This document shows positions 11,501 to 20,472 of a stretch of DNA of 38,197 nucleotides, piece by piece (position 1 is the first letter of the stretch; the number at the start of each line of letters is the position of its first letter). The stretch spans positions 1 to 38,197 of the forward strand of contig JAQGDQ010001494.1 of assembly GCA_030141605.1 (NCBI GenBank), given 5' to 3'. Made by a program: the position numbers and the translations under genes. This stretch comes from Tubiluchus corallicola. Its lineage: Eukaryota > Animalia > Priapulida. The notes under the pieces are model-generated. The model did not search any database. It saw nothing but the letters and a program-made list of their open reading frames with translations, and was not told where the DNA came from.

Positions 11501-11527
11501 TGTTTGATCGAGAGGAGATTCTTCCAT
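2501..11527 (-). CDS. Giant single-coding-exon multi-C2H2 zinc-finger protein (~3008 aa)
   Basis: 9-kb open frame. About 33 CxxC-x12-H-x1..6-H/C motifs (about 25 N-terminal, 8 C-terminal, a few degenerate) flank ~1400 aa of K/S/E-rich sequence. The ORF-track start at 11593 is GTG; the first ATG is at 11527 in a good context (GCAATGG), with an in-frame TAA at 11605-11603. Confidence 0.93.
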   Translation of the reverse strand: MEESPLDQTTRKKWQNVCEVCGIHCTNSLSVAEHKKCHAKCSVCEKLFLRKYELFHHIRDHAKTWPYVCPFCVEPFEKLSGLKSHLRSLHYCMQTLNYCGVCDLNFSFFDEFLAHWNENHPSYVIDTCDDVTVEEQKLPGEGKNMSVLQEMNVAGEAVINLIDDIKQYETCPVCGRLMPKNTSLLQHLRIHMRLLVYQCSVCKCTFEFQSNMMHHLKSHLKTTFQCFCCSFSDNDYGVVKDHEKCHPVDYALFTKLFQKVSRSHGNKLLCSRCLHVSKNDLEMREHLKVHDASTGEALSCEKCPGKFPSPEKLREHLIMAHCVCQLCGISFKSADDLKMHISSVYPDGPSALYTKKVYHAQICEPCNTGFAGRAALRAHTAMDHLQWFPIITEKETRIERGTRKNDKCLLKLRGEDSKSEQHSFTCRQCKLAFSSVKLLNYHSYLHFPVSRCDQCNIAFGVPSLLRKHKLLKHGAGLPCPKCFQGFNSLLALKRHRFVCVLANRCYKCNMSFSSKSKLFAHTKIHKKKQKSLTSKDSLRYSCKICKKTFYFYAMARRHEEYCSQISEEQRNTVVFGKHVKVYKRIHHQHGKQLYSCKKCHSKFHSMLLYKKHYDLSHRKIVCVPCGTTLLGRKALKAHRCSSSPSSPRKELPQCAKDQGQNLIVSPVEDSGMEQATYQVQDLLDTEEVKPVEDKGQNLFACLQADGKQITSLKDYERRKLSSTLSGKVDAGKLRDCDFCLETFPSDSALECHTLAVHQLPFPCKICGMRYSTLDGLANHQQTHDDISGLSCSMCTVRCSDEPTLTGHLLLMHKKLLCLYCGRIFITCNDLQAHQLESGNLKMLCESQKRFDCELCSKSFKVRRLYEKHTASCRLKGLFCTFCKRSFATRPEFEEHVLTHDNNRLHSSNHRVSDKKQTSGKDVSKLGTSHTTPVKTQLGDLDAIRDRSLNNLRNTPVVPDKLSSSSSTTQSLIINDSISPSGPVVASGFFCGKCKVTFPDILTMSSHIRACSANLTEKYTVSLNNTNTVQNYFRNKNLKSVTKSRTSCTRKQRAQIKCLETQKIERRGRKKKIRPAQQGLKSSLKTKNVNTAGRRNRRAQKQDIVMKEIYDDVDESDEEIIHVPELNEQELMYAVNRPVIKLPKVDSIDMRKLINEILSPSPVSSAKRNLFGGKMSNAQLQACNGKTFDINSYFSKMRELKHPDLRKVNKNNPVVCSVEGARQKSFLETGSRSRSEKPREIDVKLKKVTQRKNISETLHSVKLSSPVSLNSPNISNVRKIKETHLEKVKSSELGGVAKDMAAGVNFHLKQDKNFLNDEHEDRANADIAKENEGYLSDEIDSILHDSPIEGELPNLCENDLNIINDQADQNKSYDSDLENLLDSFAGEIEKNAPPCTESLSTYRSNSNIRTNKQDEKQSLTLIDNLISCQEACSDTKKIPKHESVAANLSKTVEVTKASLVVMDNNSQESRSESLQSGTSIKPPKRDGKSFVLENGILQSAKQGLCKKGKERNSSTKADGVIHTVSVSHAKTDCKVQSNDLSTKSPRTSRIRTPSRKVIESAGQTIIKGSKPMYNQLSFVEKKNEVATEFEITSITSCSEIKDSSRKSESLPCTIKERSDNLPSKALKSCEENSISMPKRERKKSQILIESEESPKNRSKRVSKNIEQKCIQSRPSRSKDIVLLDVTKDSDVQENADASMLESHETNIKRKRKKSLWLIETEETNKLTRKNKELNASHLDEASNEKVKSIVAEHLKTENKTVPKASLIIYDNKSIGAEDGSGDASVSKRERKKPKWLSDSAMVTPGKRNCSKLIVQPKELREDVVAVSAMPEQAEHREIPVVTNVVNKRNAVTPSNQLKVGSGELNKSDETETVKRVRQKPKWLIESEELLFAGMKQGLNKTNSKANSMKSGAFAVNNEQTKKIEEGDDEIQSGKKKARKELLPSYRENRASAVEKEFGGVASSGLNSAKGKNAILPLSDDRKFDISDESCSTTGGKRIRKKSRLLVESEETMRQTKRANKKEKVEKSGENSQKISSETAHDRLVKQKLNMQPQIMINNEEKDLDKGSIVVTKSHKKQLKTGKKIPEENIATEAENHSTPLLLLQNNKEMDTEFTNEDTMVSNDAVLTKFTAGQKRGRNISSASKCILISNVKRKAEKNGELVEKHEGTSETGDVEVKNASLPIIAKDKDSHFPAESKRERKKSRLLIESEESVLLATEAQKKKSGKSGSVVDDGKKCMSKALTVLSSVSVLKGSDNGTIKDSAEAKQTNETSKLANDEKSDIALKCESLDRHEKPQANAAESRIMFLNGERKDNASPDNKGPNIVLLDANGNHENTKNDLLNEQIIENKSYHQHNSSSVKNDKLELKSAKNRIDKNHSCAEINTADNTPFRKCANETSDTTLQQTVNSSSENITERERVPLGSKMAKKVTRIRCNGCGFGCTDIYELKAHMEKKRICKFSNRPIDELLKRSASVAESSTGSDETRLSKPANVKQTPSRTIDVDIIPATSMLDEISTQGDVKLQDVTDANIRKTSSMANVGDNSKTYCFQVKPSSGKVVCKSITQSVLKCNNKTVSKQKERHILPKLHRCFYCVKYFRTKQALKQHLVKCTPLNTDNNDNNVIEAEVVDSTADIESLNGEENHQVNSPVTIKEAGIGISNEGSIVFNCHLCSEEFPSKSSWLDHLSLVHDQLDTNDQEEESFLDLTLAFFCTICSHPCSSRDQLRNHFEKTHHMNKQMSTEETNSVPACAIEKSLLGVSPSSSKAVASDVQAVEYIQTINVPPSEDEDVRARRKGQFVCFVCKRTSTRKHDLKRHLMKVHRLDEDDAKASSEGAAVEATAEQPFPENRKKHNHIFACDICGEEFSRNVDLKYHLMSHDTTMCSQCGIDFGTHAKYIEHFLVGDSSCVNPEDAVWQNNADNHNALWQDNADNHNAVWQDNADNHNAVWQNNADNHNACTLCGETFTDVCEMQSHMDSHAEQVLQQVATPSTVEVVYVDNDTFSRIKDGEQL
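2667..2800 (-). repeat. Coding 33-bp tandem repeat x4 (A[V/L]WQ[N/D]NADNHN) between the last two zinc fingers
   Basis: Four near-identical 33-nt units read directly; frame preserved. Confidence 0.95.
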
Positions 11528-12247
11528 TGCTGTCAGTTGCTCGTGACCATTCCAAACAATCGTGCAAGAAACACCATTGCTGGAAGCAGACACGTCTAAT
11601 ACTTAATCAGTTGCCATAGCGATCCCACTGACATTAGTATGAGAAAATCTGTTGATACATGACACTGGATGCCCAAGTTTTTCAAAGTTAGAATTTATTT
11701 TGTGAACGCTTCACCATCTAATAATGATGACGGTCAGATATTTTCTACGGACATCATTGTTACCAGGCATTGTCATCTTCTATGTGCAGAGTGAATCACT
11801 AAGTCCCGCTTGTCTTTTTACAACATTGAAACCCTAAAAATACAACGAAAAAGTTGTGACTATGATGCTCACAGATTATATGTCACATTTTTGCAAGTAC
11901 AATTTCTATGTAGGAATATTATATAAATTATTTCTGTAATGGTGCATGAACATGATGGGAATTCTTCACGATCAGTCTGAAAAGAAAATTTCTAAAGCAA
12001 AACGGGGCCCAATCTTAAACTGTGGGTCAAAACCACCTCCTTTTTAAGATATTGAAGGGAAACAAACTATTTTTTAAAGAATGACTTACGTGAAATAATT
12101 ATTACCATACAAATGCAATTTCACGTTCGCGTCACTAGTTCTTCACTGTTACGTGCATTTTGCCATTCGTTAGTTAGACGGGCACTAATGCCTGCATTTA
12201 CTTTGCCTAAAGCCATTTTTATTTTATTAATAAGTTTATTACCTAAT
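11528..12247 (-). other. Probable spliced 5' UTR of the zinc-finger gene (acceptor TTTTTAG ending 11834; upstream exon with GTAAGT donor at 12089)
   Basis: Minus-strand consensus splice sites only; no transcript evidence. Confidence 0.4.
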
Positions 12248-12945
12248 CTGAAGCATTAAAATGGTATATGTTGCATTATTCTGTTCTAAAAACATACTAC
12301 TAACGTAACACTAAAATATGCTTTTGCTCCAATTATGCACTAAATGCTAGCTGTTTGTATCATGCAAGGTATATTTATAAGCCTCCAGGCACCAACATTT
12401 AAACTTTATGCAGAAGAAATATGTCTGCAAGCTGTTGCTACAGCAGCTACCTAGTACTACATTCATGAAATTATCCCAAGTTCTCTCTAAGGCTCGGCTT
12501 TCACTACGCAATGTTGAACTACCGCTGGAACGTATGTCAATTATCTTACATTTCTTTCTATGGAAGTCTTGGTTTCGTTTAACGACGTTTCACTTAACGT
12601 CATGCTTTGCTGGAATGCAATAGGGTCGTTAAGCCAGGACTTACTCTAACACTTTCACAAGTTTACGGATGAATAAAATTAAATCATTTTCATGTCGAAG
12701 CAGCATAAGCACTGTATTTCAAATTACAGTAGCAGCTCTCCTAATTGATTTAAGGTGATTTTACTAGGTCATATAAGACACAAGTTTCTTAATACATCTA
12801 TACTGATGAAACTTCTAAAACTTTCTTTAAACAACAAGATAAGCTCAGCTTCCAAACAGCCACAACTTTTCCTTTAATGGCAGTAAATTATACTGCTTCC
12901 TTTTCTTAAACATTAAATGGCATCACACTTTGTGCCACCTGTGGT

Positions 12946-13166
12946 CAGGGCCGGCCTTAAGCATAGGCAAACTAGGCAACCGCCTAGGGCCTCACCCTCC
13001 AGGGGGGCCTCACGCCGAGGTAACATTTTTTTGCTTTATGCGAACATACTGCCTCCTCTCTCTCTCTCTCTCTCTCTTTCTCTTTTAACCTTTTAACCCT
13101 CACTCTTTCTCTCTCTCTCTCTCTCTCTCCCTCTCTCTCTCTCTCTCTCCCTCTCTTTCTCTCCCT

Positions 13167-13203
<37 letters not shown>

Positions 13204-13241
13204 CTTCGCCTAGGGCCTCCAATTACCTAAGGCCGGCCCTG
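12946..13241. mobile_element. Non-autonomous hAT-type MITE (296 bp) with internal (CT)n microsatellite
   Basis: 14-bp perfect TIR CAGGGCCGGCCTTA; exact 8-bp TSD CCTGTGGT at 12938-12945 and 13242-13249; subterminal GCCTAGGGCCTC repeats; (CT)n at ~13055-13199. Confidence 0.93.
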
Positions 13242-13550
13242 CCTGTGGTATATTATGCCAGCAGTTTGACACACTTAAGTTACTTTAGTAGCACACAATA
13301 CTGCTAATCATTCATGCTATCAAAGTAAACATTTTATTCAGAGGATTAAATTTAAGAAATGCCGCCTAGAATGACTATTCAGCTCTAGAAAAATTAATGC
13401 GGTAAGTTCAAAAAAGACTCATACCACTGCAAAATGGAAGATGCATACATTGACGCACTTCTAGGTGCACAACTCAGTAGCTAGTAGCCACCTCACATCT
13501 GAAAAAACATTCAGTTCAATGGATCTTGATGCAACTCAGATTAGATCAGT

Positions 13551-13640
13551 ATAAAGCCATGATAAGGCTTTTAATACACCCAGGGCCTCCGATTATAAAA
13601 ACCATGATAAAGTTTTTAATACACCTAGGGCCTCCGATTT
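13551..13640. repeat. Short (~46 bp) tandem duplication
   Basis: TATAAA.CCATGATAA.G.TTTTAATACACC.AGGGCCTCCGATT occurs twice in tandem. Confidence 0.8.
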
Positions 13641-14491
13641 TCTGCGATCGCGGAATTGGTCTGATTTCCGACTTTTCTGTAAATTTACTGCATACTACAG
13701 ACGGAATTTTCTTCACATGCTACTTTCTAGCAATAATAAGCAGTTTTTTCAGCCTTTCGCGACCTTAATAGAAGTCCCCCCCCCCGAGTTTTATCTTTTA
13801 TGCAACTTGCGGCCCTACTTTCCAGTTTGTTTTTGCATTTACCACAAGAAATATAAGAATTTTTTTAGCGTGAGCTTGTAGGGAATAGTAATACGTTTGT
13901 GGAAAGGTTTCCCCTGTTGACACAAACACGATCTGACGATGTTATGCGTGCGACAGCTAGCCAAGGAATTCCCGATGATTTGTACGAATATGATAGGATA
14001 TTGTTCAGTACTATTGTGTGCGAATTAAATGTTGGCATTCTTATTTTATCTTAGCCAAATACAAATACCTGACAGACTACATACTTATTTTAAATAAAAA
14101 TTTACTTTTTTAATTACTGTCTATTGCACATCACATAATTTAATGATAAATATTAGTTACAGGGCCATGTTGCTTCTAATTTATGTGAAGTGGAATTGAA
14201 ATGGAATTGACGATTCTTTGAAACGGAATTTGCTCAATATTGAAATGGAAAATTGGAGGTCCTATACAGCAAGCTGACACAATGAGGGAGTTTCAACCTT
14301 TCAATGAAGAGCTCAAAAAAGTTTTCAAATGTAAAATATCAATAGTAATTTGATTAACAATAAAGTTCAAGGCGGTCGTAGTGCGCAAAGCAAAATTGTG
14401 CAACGCATGAACGAAAAGATATTGCCCATTGTATGGAAGCAGTGGGCAACCATCTCAGCAAAGTAAAAAGTGAAGAATTTTAAAATGATCT

Positions 14492-15807
14492 AACCAGGTA
14501 TACATGTATTTAAACCAACTATACCTGTATTTAAACCAAGTATACCTGTATTTAAACCAAGTATACCTGTATTTAAACCAAGTATACCTGCATTTAAACC
14601 AAGTATACCTGCATTTAAACCAACTATACATGTATTTAAACCAAGTATACCTGTATTTAAATCAAGTATACCTGCATTTAAACCAAGTATACCTGCATTT
14701 AAACTAAGTATACCTGCATTTAAAGCAAGTATACCTGTATTTAAACCAACTATACCTGTATTTAAACCAAGTATACCTGTATTTAAACCAAGTATACCTG
14801 TATTTAAAGCAAGTATACCTGCATTTAAACCAACTATACCTGTATTTAAAGCAAGTATACCTGTATTTAAACCAAGTATACCTGCATTTAAAGCAAGTAT
14901 ACCTGCATTTAAACCAACTATACCTGTATTTAAAGCAAGTATACCTGTATTTAAAGCAAGTATACCTGTATTTAAAGCAAGTATACCTGTATTTAAAGCA
15001 AGTATACCTGCATTTAAACCAAGTATACCTGTATTTAAAGCAAGTATACCTGTATTTAAAGCAAGTATACCTGTATTTAAACAATATACCTGTATTTAAA
15101 GCAAGTATACCTGTATTTAAAGCAAGTATACCTGTATTTAAAGCAAGTATACCTGCATTTAAACCAAGTATACCTGCATTTAAACCAAGTATACCTGCAT
15201 TTAAAGCAAGTATACCTGTATTTAAACCAAGTATACCTGTATTTAAAGCAAGTATACCTGCATTTAAACCAAGTATACCTGCATTTAAAGCAAGTATACC
15301 TGCATTTAAACCAAGGTTACCTGTATTTAAAGCAAGTATACCTGTATTTAAAGCAAGTATACCTGTATTTAAACCAAGTATACCTGCATTTAAAGCAAGT
15401 ATACCTGCATTTAAACCAAGTATACCTGTATTTAAAGCAAGTATACCTGTATTTAAACCAAGTATACCTGCATTTAAACCAAGAATACCTGCATTTAAAG
15501 CAAGTATACCTGCATTTAAACCAAGTATACCTGCATTTAAAGCAAGTATACCTGTATTTAAACCAAGTATACCTGCATTTAAACCAAGTATACCTGTATT
15601 TAAAGCAAGTATACCTGCATTTAAAGCAAGTATACCTGCATTTAAACCAAGTATACCTGTATTTAAACCAAGTATACCTGCATTTAAACCAAGTATACCT
15701 GTATTTAAACCAAGTATACCTGTATTTAAAGCAAGTATACCTGTATTTAAACCAAGTATACCTGCAATTAAAGCAAGTATACCTGCATTTAAACCAACTA
15801 TACCTGT
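14492..15807. repeat. 21-bp satellite, ~62 copies, consensus AAGTATACCTG(T/C)ATTTAAA(C/G)C
   Basis: Highly homogeneous tandem array read directly; variation is mostly at two positions; rare short units at ~14705 and ~15082. Confidence 0.97.
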
Positions 15808-17168
15808 AGCTAAATGGTGAAAGTCACTAAAATTTGGTAGCAATTCAAGCAAAATAAATAATCACCTATTCATACCTAATTATGGTAATCTACATCTAGC
15901 TAAATCAATGTTAGAAATTTCTACCTAATTGGAAACTAATACACGTTTGTTTATTAACTTTCAGATGACCTAGTCCAGACGTACTGAACGTTTAAACATC
16001 AAATAAAGTATTAAATAAAAAATACGGACTCAACTCTACGTTTTTCATGGTACACCATTACAAAAATTTTCTTGTCTTGAACCATGACTTTATGACAAGT
16101 ACTCGAAATTTTATCTTTACTTGTTGACCATGCCCAACTCATTTCCATGTTTTAACTCTGGGTTTCTGGATAAAAATCCAAATCTGTGCTTGCAAACCAA
16201 AACTGTCCAGAAGTCGGCATAGTTAAAACTACGTTATGATGCTTCAAAGTTGAATGACCCAAAAATTTGGTCTAAATTTATAAAAACAAATGCTAAATAT
16301 ATTGGACTTCTACATTCTAGCATCAAATTATCAAGAAAATGTTTAAAAATACTAAAAATCTAATTTTATAACCAACTTCTCTACTAAACTAGTACTATAA
16401 TTGTAAAAAAACTTGCATTTTCAAACTCCGATAGTAGCTCATGGAAGCAGTCATTTTGCTTTGGGTTTTCTCTGTTGCCAAGCCAAGATCTATGTTAGCA
16501 AAAACCATCTACTGGATTTAAACATAACTTCCATGTGTTTTTACAAAGTCTGTAGCCACCAACATCTGTGCGGTTGCTAAGTGTTTTGTAGAAATGCGAA
16601 GAAAAACAATGACTAACTTTAACAGAGATTTTCTCAAGATTATCCTTTTCAGCGTGTAGCCTGCACTTCAACTTCAACGTGGATTATCTCAGCTTAGAAA
16701 TAACATAGAGCGATGAACTTGGTATCAAAATAATGCTCATGAAATGGAGATTCACGATATATGAATAACCAGAAAAGCTTAACTACCGATTTATGGACGA
16801 TTTTGCTATGCAAGCACACAAATGTAGTAATGGAGGCTGAATGAGGTTGTAAGGAAAACGTGTTACAAACCTTTACATAACATGGATTATTATCACTCGC
16901 ATTGTACTTTGGGAAAATTTAGCGTATATACAGTAAAAAATGAGTAGCGCCATTTTTTAGGCCTTTGCAATTACTCCGGAAAGAATTTAACATCATGGGG
17001 AAAGCGTGTACGCCACCACAGAGCTGTTATTGTCATAGTTTTTATGGCACCTAAATTTGAAAACTTGAAATAAAAAGCATTCGCAGTCTGGATACTGCTT
17101 AGAATAATGGAGTCAGAAAACCATGGCAACTGTCGAACATGACCCATAGATATTTTTTGCCCTATATA

Positions 17169-17781
17169 CCGTATTTTCCCGTGTATAAGAGACCCTTTTT
17201 TGCTCAGAATTTTCACTTTAAAAATAGGGGGTCTCTTATACATGGGAGTAAGTCTTTTCAATCAGATGCATAAATTGTGACACTAATGATTTTAAAGAAA
17301 TAAGTGCTCTACAACTGTTTTATTTCGAATAATTATAGTTTCCTTTCAATAAATCTTCTCCATGGCTAAATTCTAATGATAAAATTATTAATATTAATCA
17401 CGAAGTGGATGCAAGATGCCGACTCCAATCTGACACCAACTGGCAAGATAAGAAAGCCAACCCTTGGAGAAGTCTGCAGCTGGGTCCTCAAGGCATGGAA
17501 TGGTGTAAAGCCAGAGGTCATTATTAAATCTTTCAAGAAGTGTGGCATCTCCAATGCCATGGACGGCACAGAGGACAATGCCATTTTTGAGCAGAGTGAC
17601 TCCTCTGATGATGAACTGGCTGGAATTGCAGTTGATATTTTTGATGAGAGTGATGAGGAATTTAATGATTTCTATGATGAATAAAGTTATTCATTACCAA
17701 AAAACTTTTTTCCAGAATTTTTGCCTAAAAATTGAAGGGGTCTCTTATACACAAGGGTCTCTTATACACGGGAAAATACGG
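17169..17781 (+). mobile_element. Internally deleted pogo-superfamily (Tc2/POGK-like) DNA transposon, 613 bp
   Basis: 27-bp perfect TIR CCGTATTTTCCCGTGTATAAGAGACCC, TA on both sides, subterminal GGGTCTCTTATACA repeats. The internal ORF remnant LTPTGKIRKPTL...WVLKAW...IIKSFKKCGISNAMDGTED plus an acidic tail matches the C-terminus of pogo DDE transposases. Confidence 0.92.
17376..17684 (+). pseudogene. C-terminal fragment of pogo-like transposase
   Basis: KSFKKCGISNAMDGTED motif and D/E-rich tail; no DNA-binding or catalytic core present. Confidence 0.85.
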
Positions 17782-19149
17782 TAAGTGGTCTTGCACGACC
17801 CAGTAACATGTTTGAATCACGATTTATTAAATTTTACAACGCACGTATGAATAGCAATAATTGTAGTGTCAATTTTCTTGCCAAACAAGCTATGTATTCT
17901 GTGAATTCTATTATAGGACATAACATACGACTCTTGGTATTTAACTATTGCAATAATAAAATTAGCAATTATTACCAGAATCATATCCAGAAAACAACAA
18001 GACAAACATCTTTCAAAGAGTATTATGCCGTTTGGTAAATGATGTACTTTATGTATTAGAAAGGAAAGATATTCTTTTTTCTATAGAGAAATGCTGCTGC
18101 ATATTGTAAATCATATATGCACGCGTTAAGTTCTCATAGGTACTAATGATAGGCTTACTTTACGTTCTTATATTTACTGTGTAACAAGTTTTATTGTTTT
18201 CTGTGATCTGGTTTTTTGCTAATGCGTCTATTTGTATATACTAACTAACTGGACTGCAGGTACCCATCTATTGTATGCAAGCATGTTCAAATAAATGATA
18301 ATAATAATTAAACTGTACATTTCTGAAATGATTTTGAAGAGAAAAATGAACTTTCTGCAGCAAAAAAAGAACATAATTTATATGACTACTTCTTACTTCC
18401 TGCAAAGGCAAAACTTGGAAGCCATATAGTAATCTGTGTTAATTTATTACAGAATTTCACTGTATTTTCACTAAGCAGACAATTTTTTAGAGAAAACGTT
18501 TATGTAAAATGCGACAGAGAAAATGTGGACAAAACACTTAACGGAACTTTAACAAAAGAGACATAATTATAGGCAAAAAACCTTGATATGGCTTTAACCT
18601 GTCAATCTAGGGTAATCCTGAATGAGTTGTGATGTAATTAATCACTTATAAATACAAACATTTATAGGTTGTCTCTGTGTAGTACAGATGTTTTATACCA
18701 TGTAAACAGTCCATTGCACCCCTTGCCCGAAGGCTGAAAGGGTAGGCTAAACAATAGAGAAGGATTGCTAAAATTTCTAAAATTAACCGTTAATGAAGTT
18801 GTTAATGCTATCAAATTGAACAACATTTGTTATCCTTGCTATTCATTTTATTTTTCTATGCAATAAAGTGCACGAGAAATTGCAGAATGCAGCCAATCTA
18901 CTCGAAATGCACTTACAGTATAATTTATGACAAGAACGCACACGATTCAGAAACGACTGAAGTCACTAATACTAGCTATACCTAACGGTTAGGCGGCACG
19001 AAATTAGCAGTAAGAACGGCCAAAGTCTTACTACTTGACTAGACCAGCTCACAAGAAACTGGTACGTTCATATAACAAACACATACGAGCGCAAGAAATA
19101 GTATTATGCAATACAAAACTATTTTTCATCAATAAACAACATCGTGAAA

Positions 19150-19270
19150 CATGCGTTGACCATTATGGGATGACGATCACATGATCAAATTCGTCGGATT
19201 AGATTGGTTAACGTCACTGGAACCCTGGAAAAATGCACGATTTTATTGGATAACAAAAGCAGCAAGGGGA
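19150..19270 (-). promoter_or_regulatory. Candidate promoter (possibly of the zinc-finger gene)
   Basis: Two ATTGG (CCAAT on minus strand) at ~19203 and ~19245, a CRE-like ACGTCA at ~19211, and a possible minus-strand GTAAG donor near 19028. Inference only. Confidence 0.25.
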
Positions 19271-19982
19271 GAAAGCTTTAAGAATTTGCAGCGCAGTTTG
19301 ATTTCTGTGTGCTTTGATGTGCCGTGCGCTGTTTCGAGTAACCAAACTATAACAAGTACACAAGTTAGATTATAATTACACAAACCAGGAAAATCTTGAC
19401 TTTGTATAATGATTATCATAGCTGAAGATCCGACCAGCTGCTTGAAAAAACTCTTATTAATTAACCTTGTTGATATTGCCACAGTTATGCCAGGTATGGA
19501 AATGAGGAAAAGTCTGCTGAAACCTAGCATTGTGTTTAATTGCCGTGGTTGTTTTTTTTTCTACCTGCTTATTATGAAGCAGCAGTATCATAAAATACTA
19601 GTCCTAGCATGACATTTTGTTACAGCAATAATTATAATCTTGTGCCATAGCAAAACTAGAGAGTCAAAAGAGGTTATTATTGAAAAAAATAAAATAATTT
19701 TATGTAAAAAATAAGAAACTAGCAGATAAAACACATCTACACAAAGTTAATATCAACGTTTACATAGCTAGGGTCAGAGTCTCCAGACGTATCAACAGGC
19801 AGACAACTGACAATGAACGTCAAATCAAAAAATTTATAAGCAAAATATGTGACACAAAGAGGTTAAAAACGAGTTTGTGCGACCAAGATAATGCACAAAA
19901 CATCATAAGATACAATTGACAAAAACTTTTTAAGCAGACCTTAACTCCAAATCAAGTAATTCGTTGAAGTCTTGAACAATAT

Positions 19983-20472
19983 CTTCTTCTTCTTCCCAGC
20001 TTCTCGCTATGCGGGGTCGCCGTTGTGAATGAGTCTTCTCCACGCATTCCTGTTGTTGACCATCTCTTCATTTATGTCTTCTCTTCCCACATGATCTCCA
20101 CCGACTCTTCTTTTCAGGTGTCCATACCATGGCAATCTTGCAAGGCTTCCACTACTTTTACTGTTCCTCTGATATTATTATTTCTAATTTTATCTCTTTT
20201 TGTTATTCCCACCATCCATCTCAACATCCTCATCTCCACCACACCCATTTTCTTCTCTTCGGTCTTGTTTAGAGAAGCTGCTTCCAGCCCATAGATTAGA
20301 GTGGGTCTGACCACTTCTTTATGGACTTTACCTTTAAGTGTCACCGACTCATTCATAGAAGGTTTTGGTGCAGTTTTTACAGGCGGATGCCCTTCCTGAC
20401 CCTAACCCTCCCTGCTTGGGACCGGCACTGAGTTGGGCTATCTTGCCCCCCCCCCCCCCCAGTGGCTAGGTT
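19983..20472 (-). mobile_element. Internally deleted non-autonomous RTE-clade retrotransposon (490 bp)
   Basis: Exact 16-bp TSD AAGTCTTGAACAATAT (19967-19982, 20473-20488); (GAA)n 3' tail preceded by GGCGACCCC; ORF remnant LKGKVHKEVVRPTLIYGLEA...EMRMLRWMVGITKRDKIRN typical of the RTE ORF C-terminus; 5' UTR with GGAAGGGCATCC..TGTAAAA. Confidence 0.9.
20401..20472 (-). ncRNA. Twister ribozyme remnant at the 5' end of the RTE element (3' strand of P4 deleted)
   Basis: Minus strand reads U^AA-CCUA-GC-[CACUG..GGGC AAGAUA GCCC..CAGUG]-CCGGUCCCAAGC-AGG-GAGGG. This matches the twister core (U^AA-P2-GC...GCCGGUCCCAAGCCCGG-AUAAA-P2'-GAGGG) except for ~10 missing nt. Confidence 0.78.

Noticed and set aside
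2594-11619. Many antisense and off-frame ORFs over the zinc-finger gene
   Set aside because: Shadows of a long coding sequence with no recognisable domains.
12803-12830. CTGATGA hammerhead-like core (also at ~28313)
   Set aside because: No stem II followed by GAAA and no closing helices found.
14504-15852. 382-aa GILGLNA/LNTGILA ORF and 67-aa YLNQV ORF
   Set aside because: By-products of a stop-free 21-bp satellite; the long one starts at TTG and changes peptide register at a 1-nt deletion.
20398-20410. CCCTAACCCT telomere-like motif
   Set aside because: Under two units and part of the RTE 5' UTR/twister sequence.
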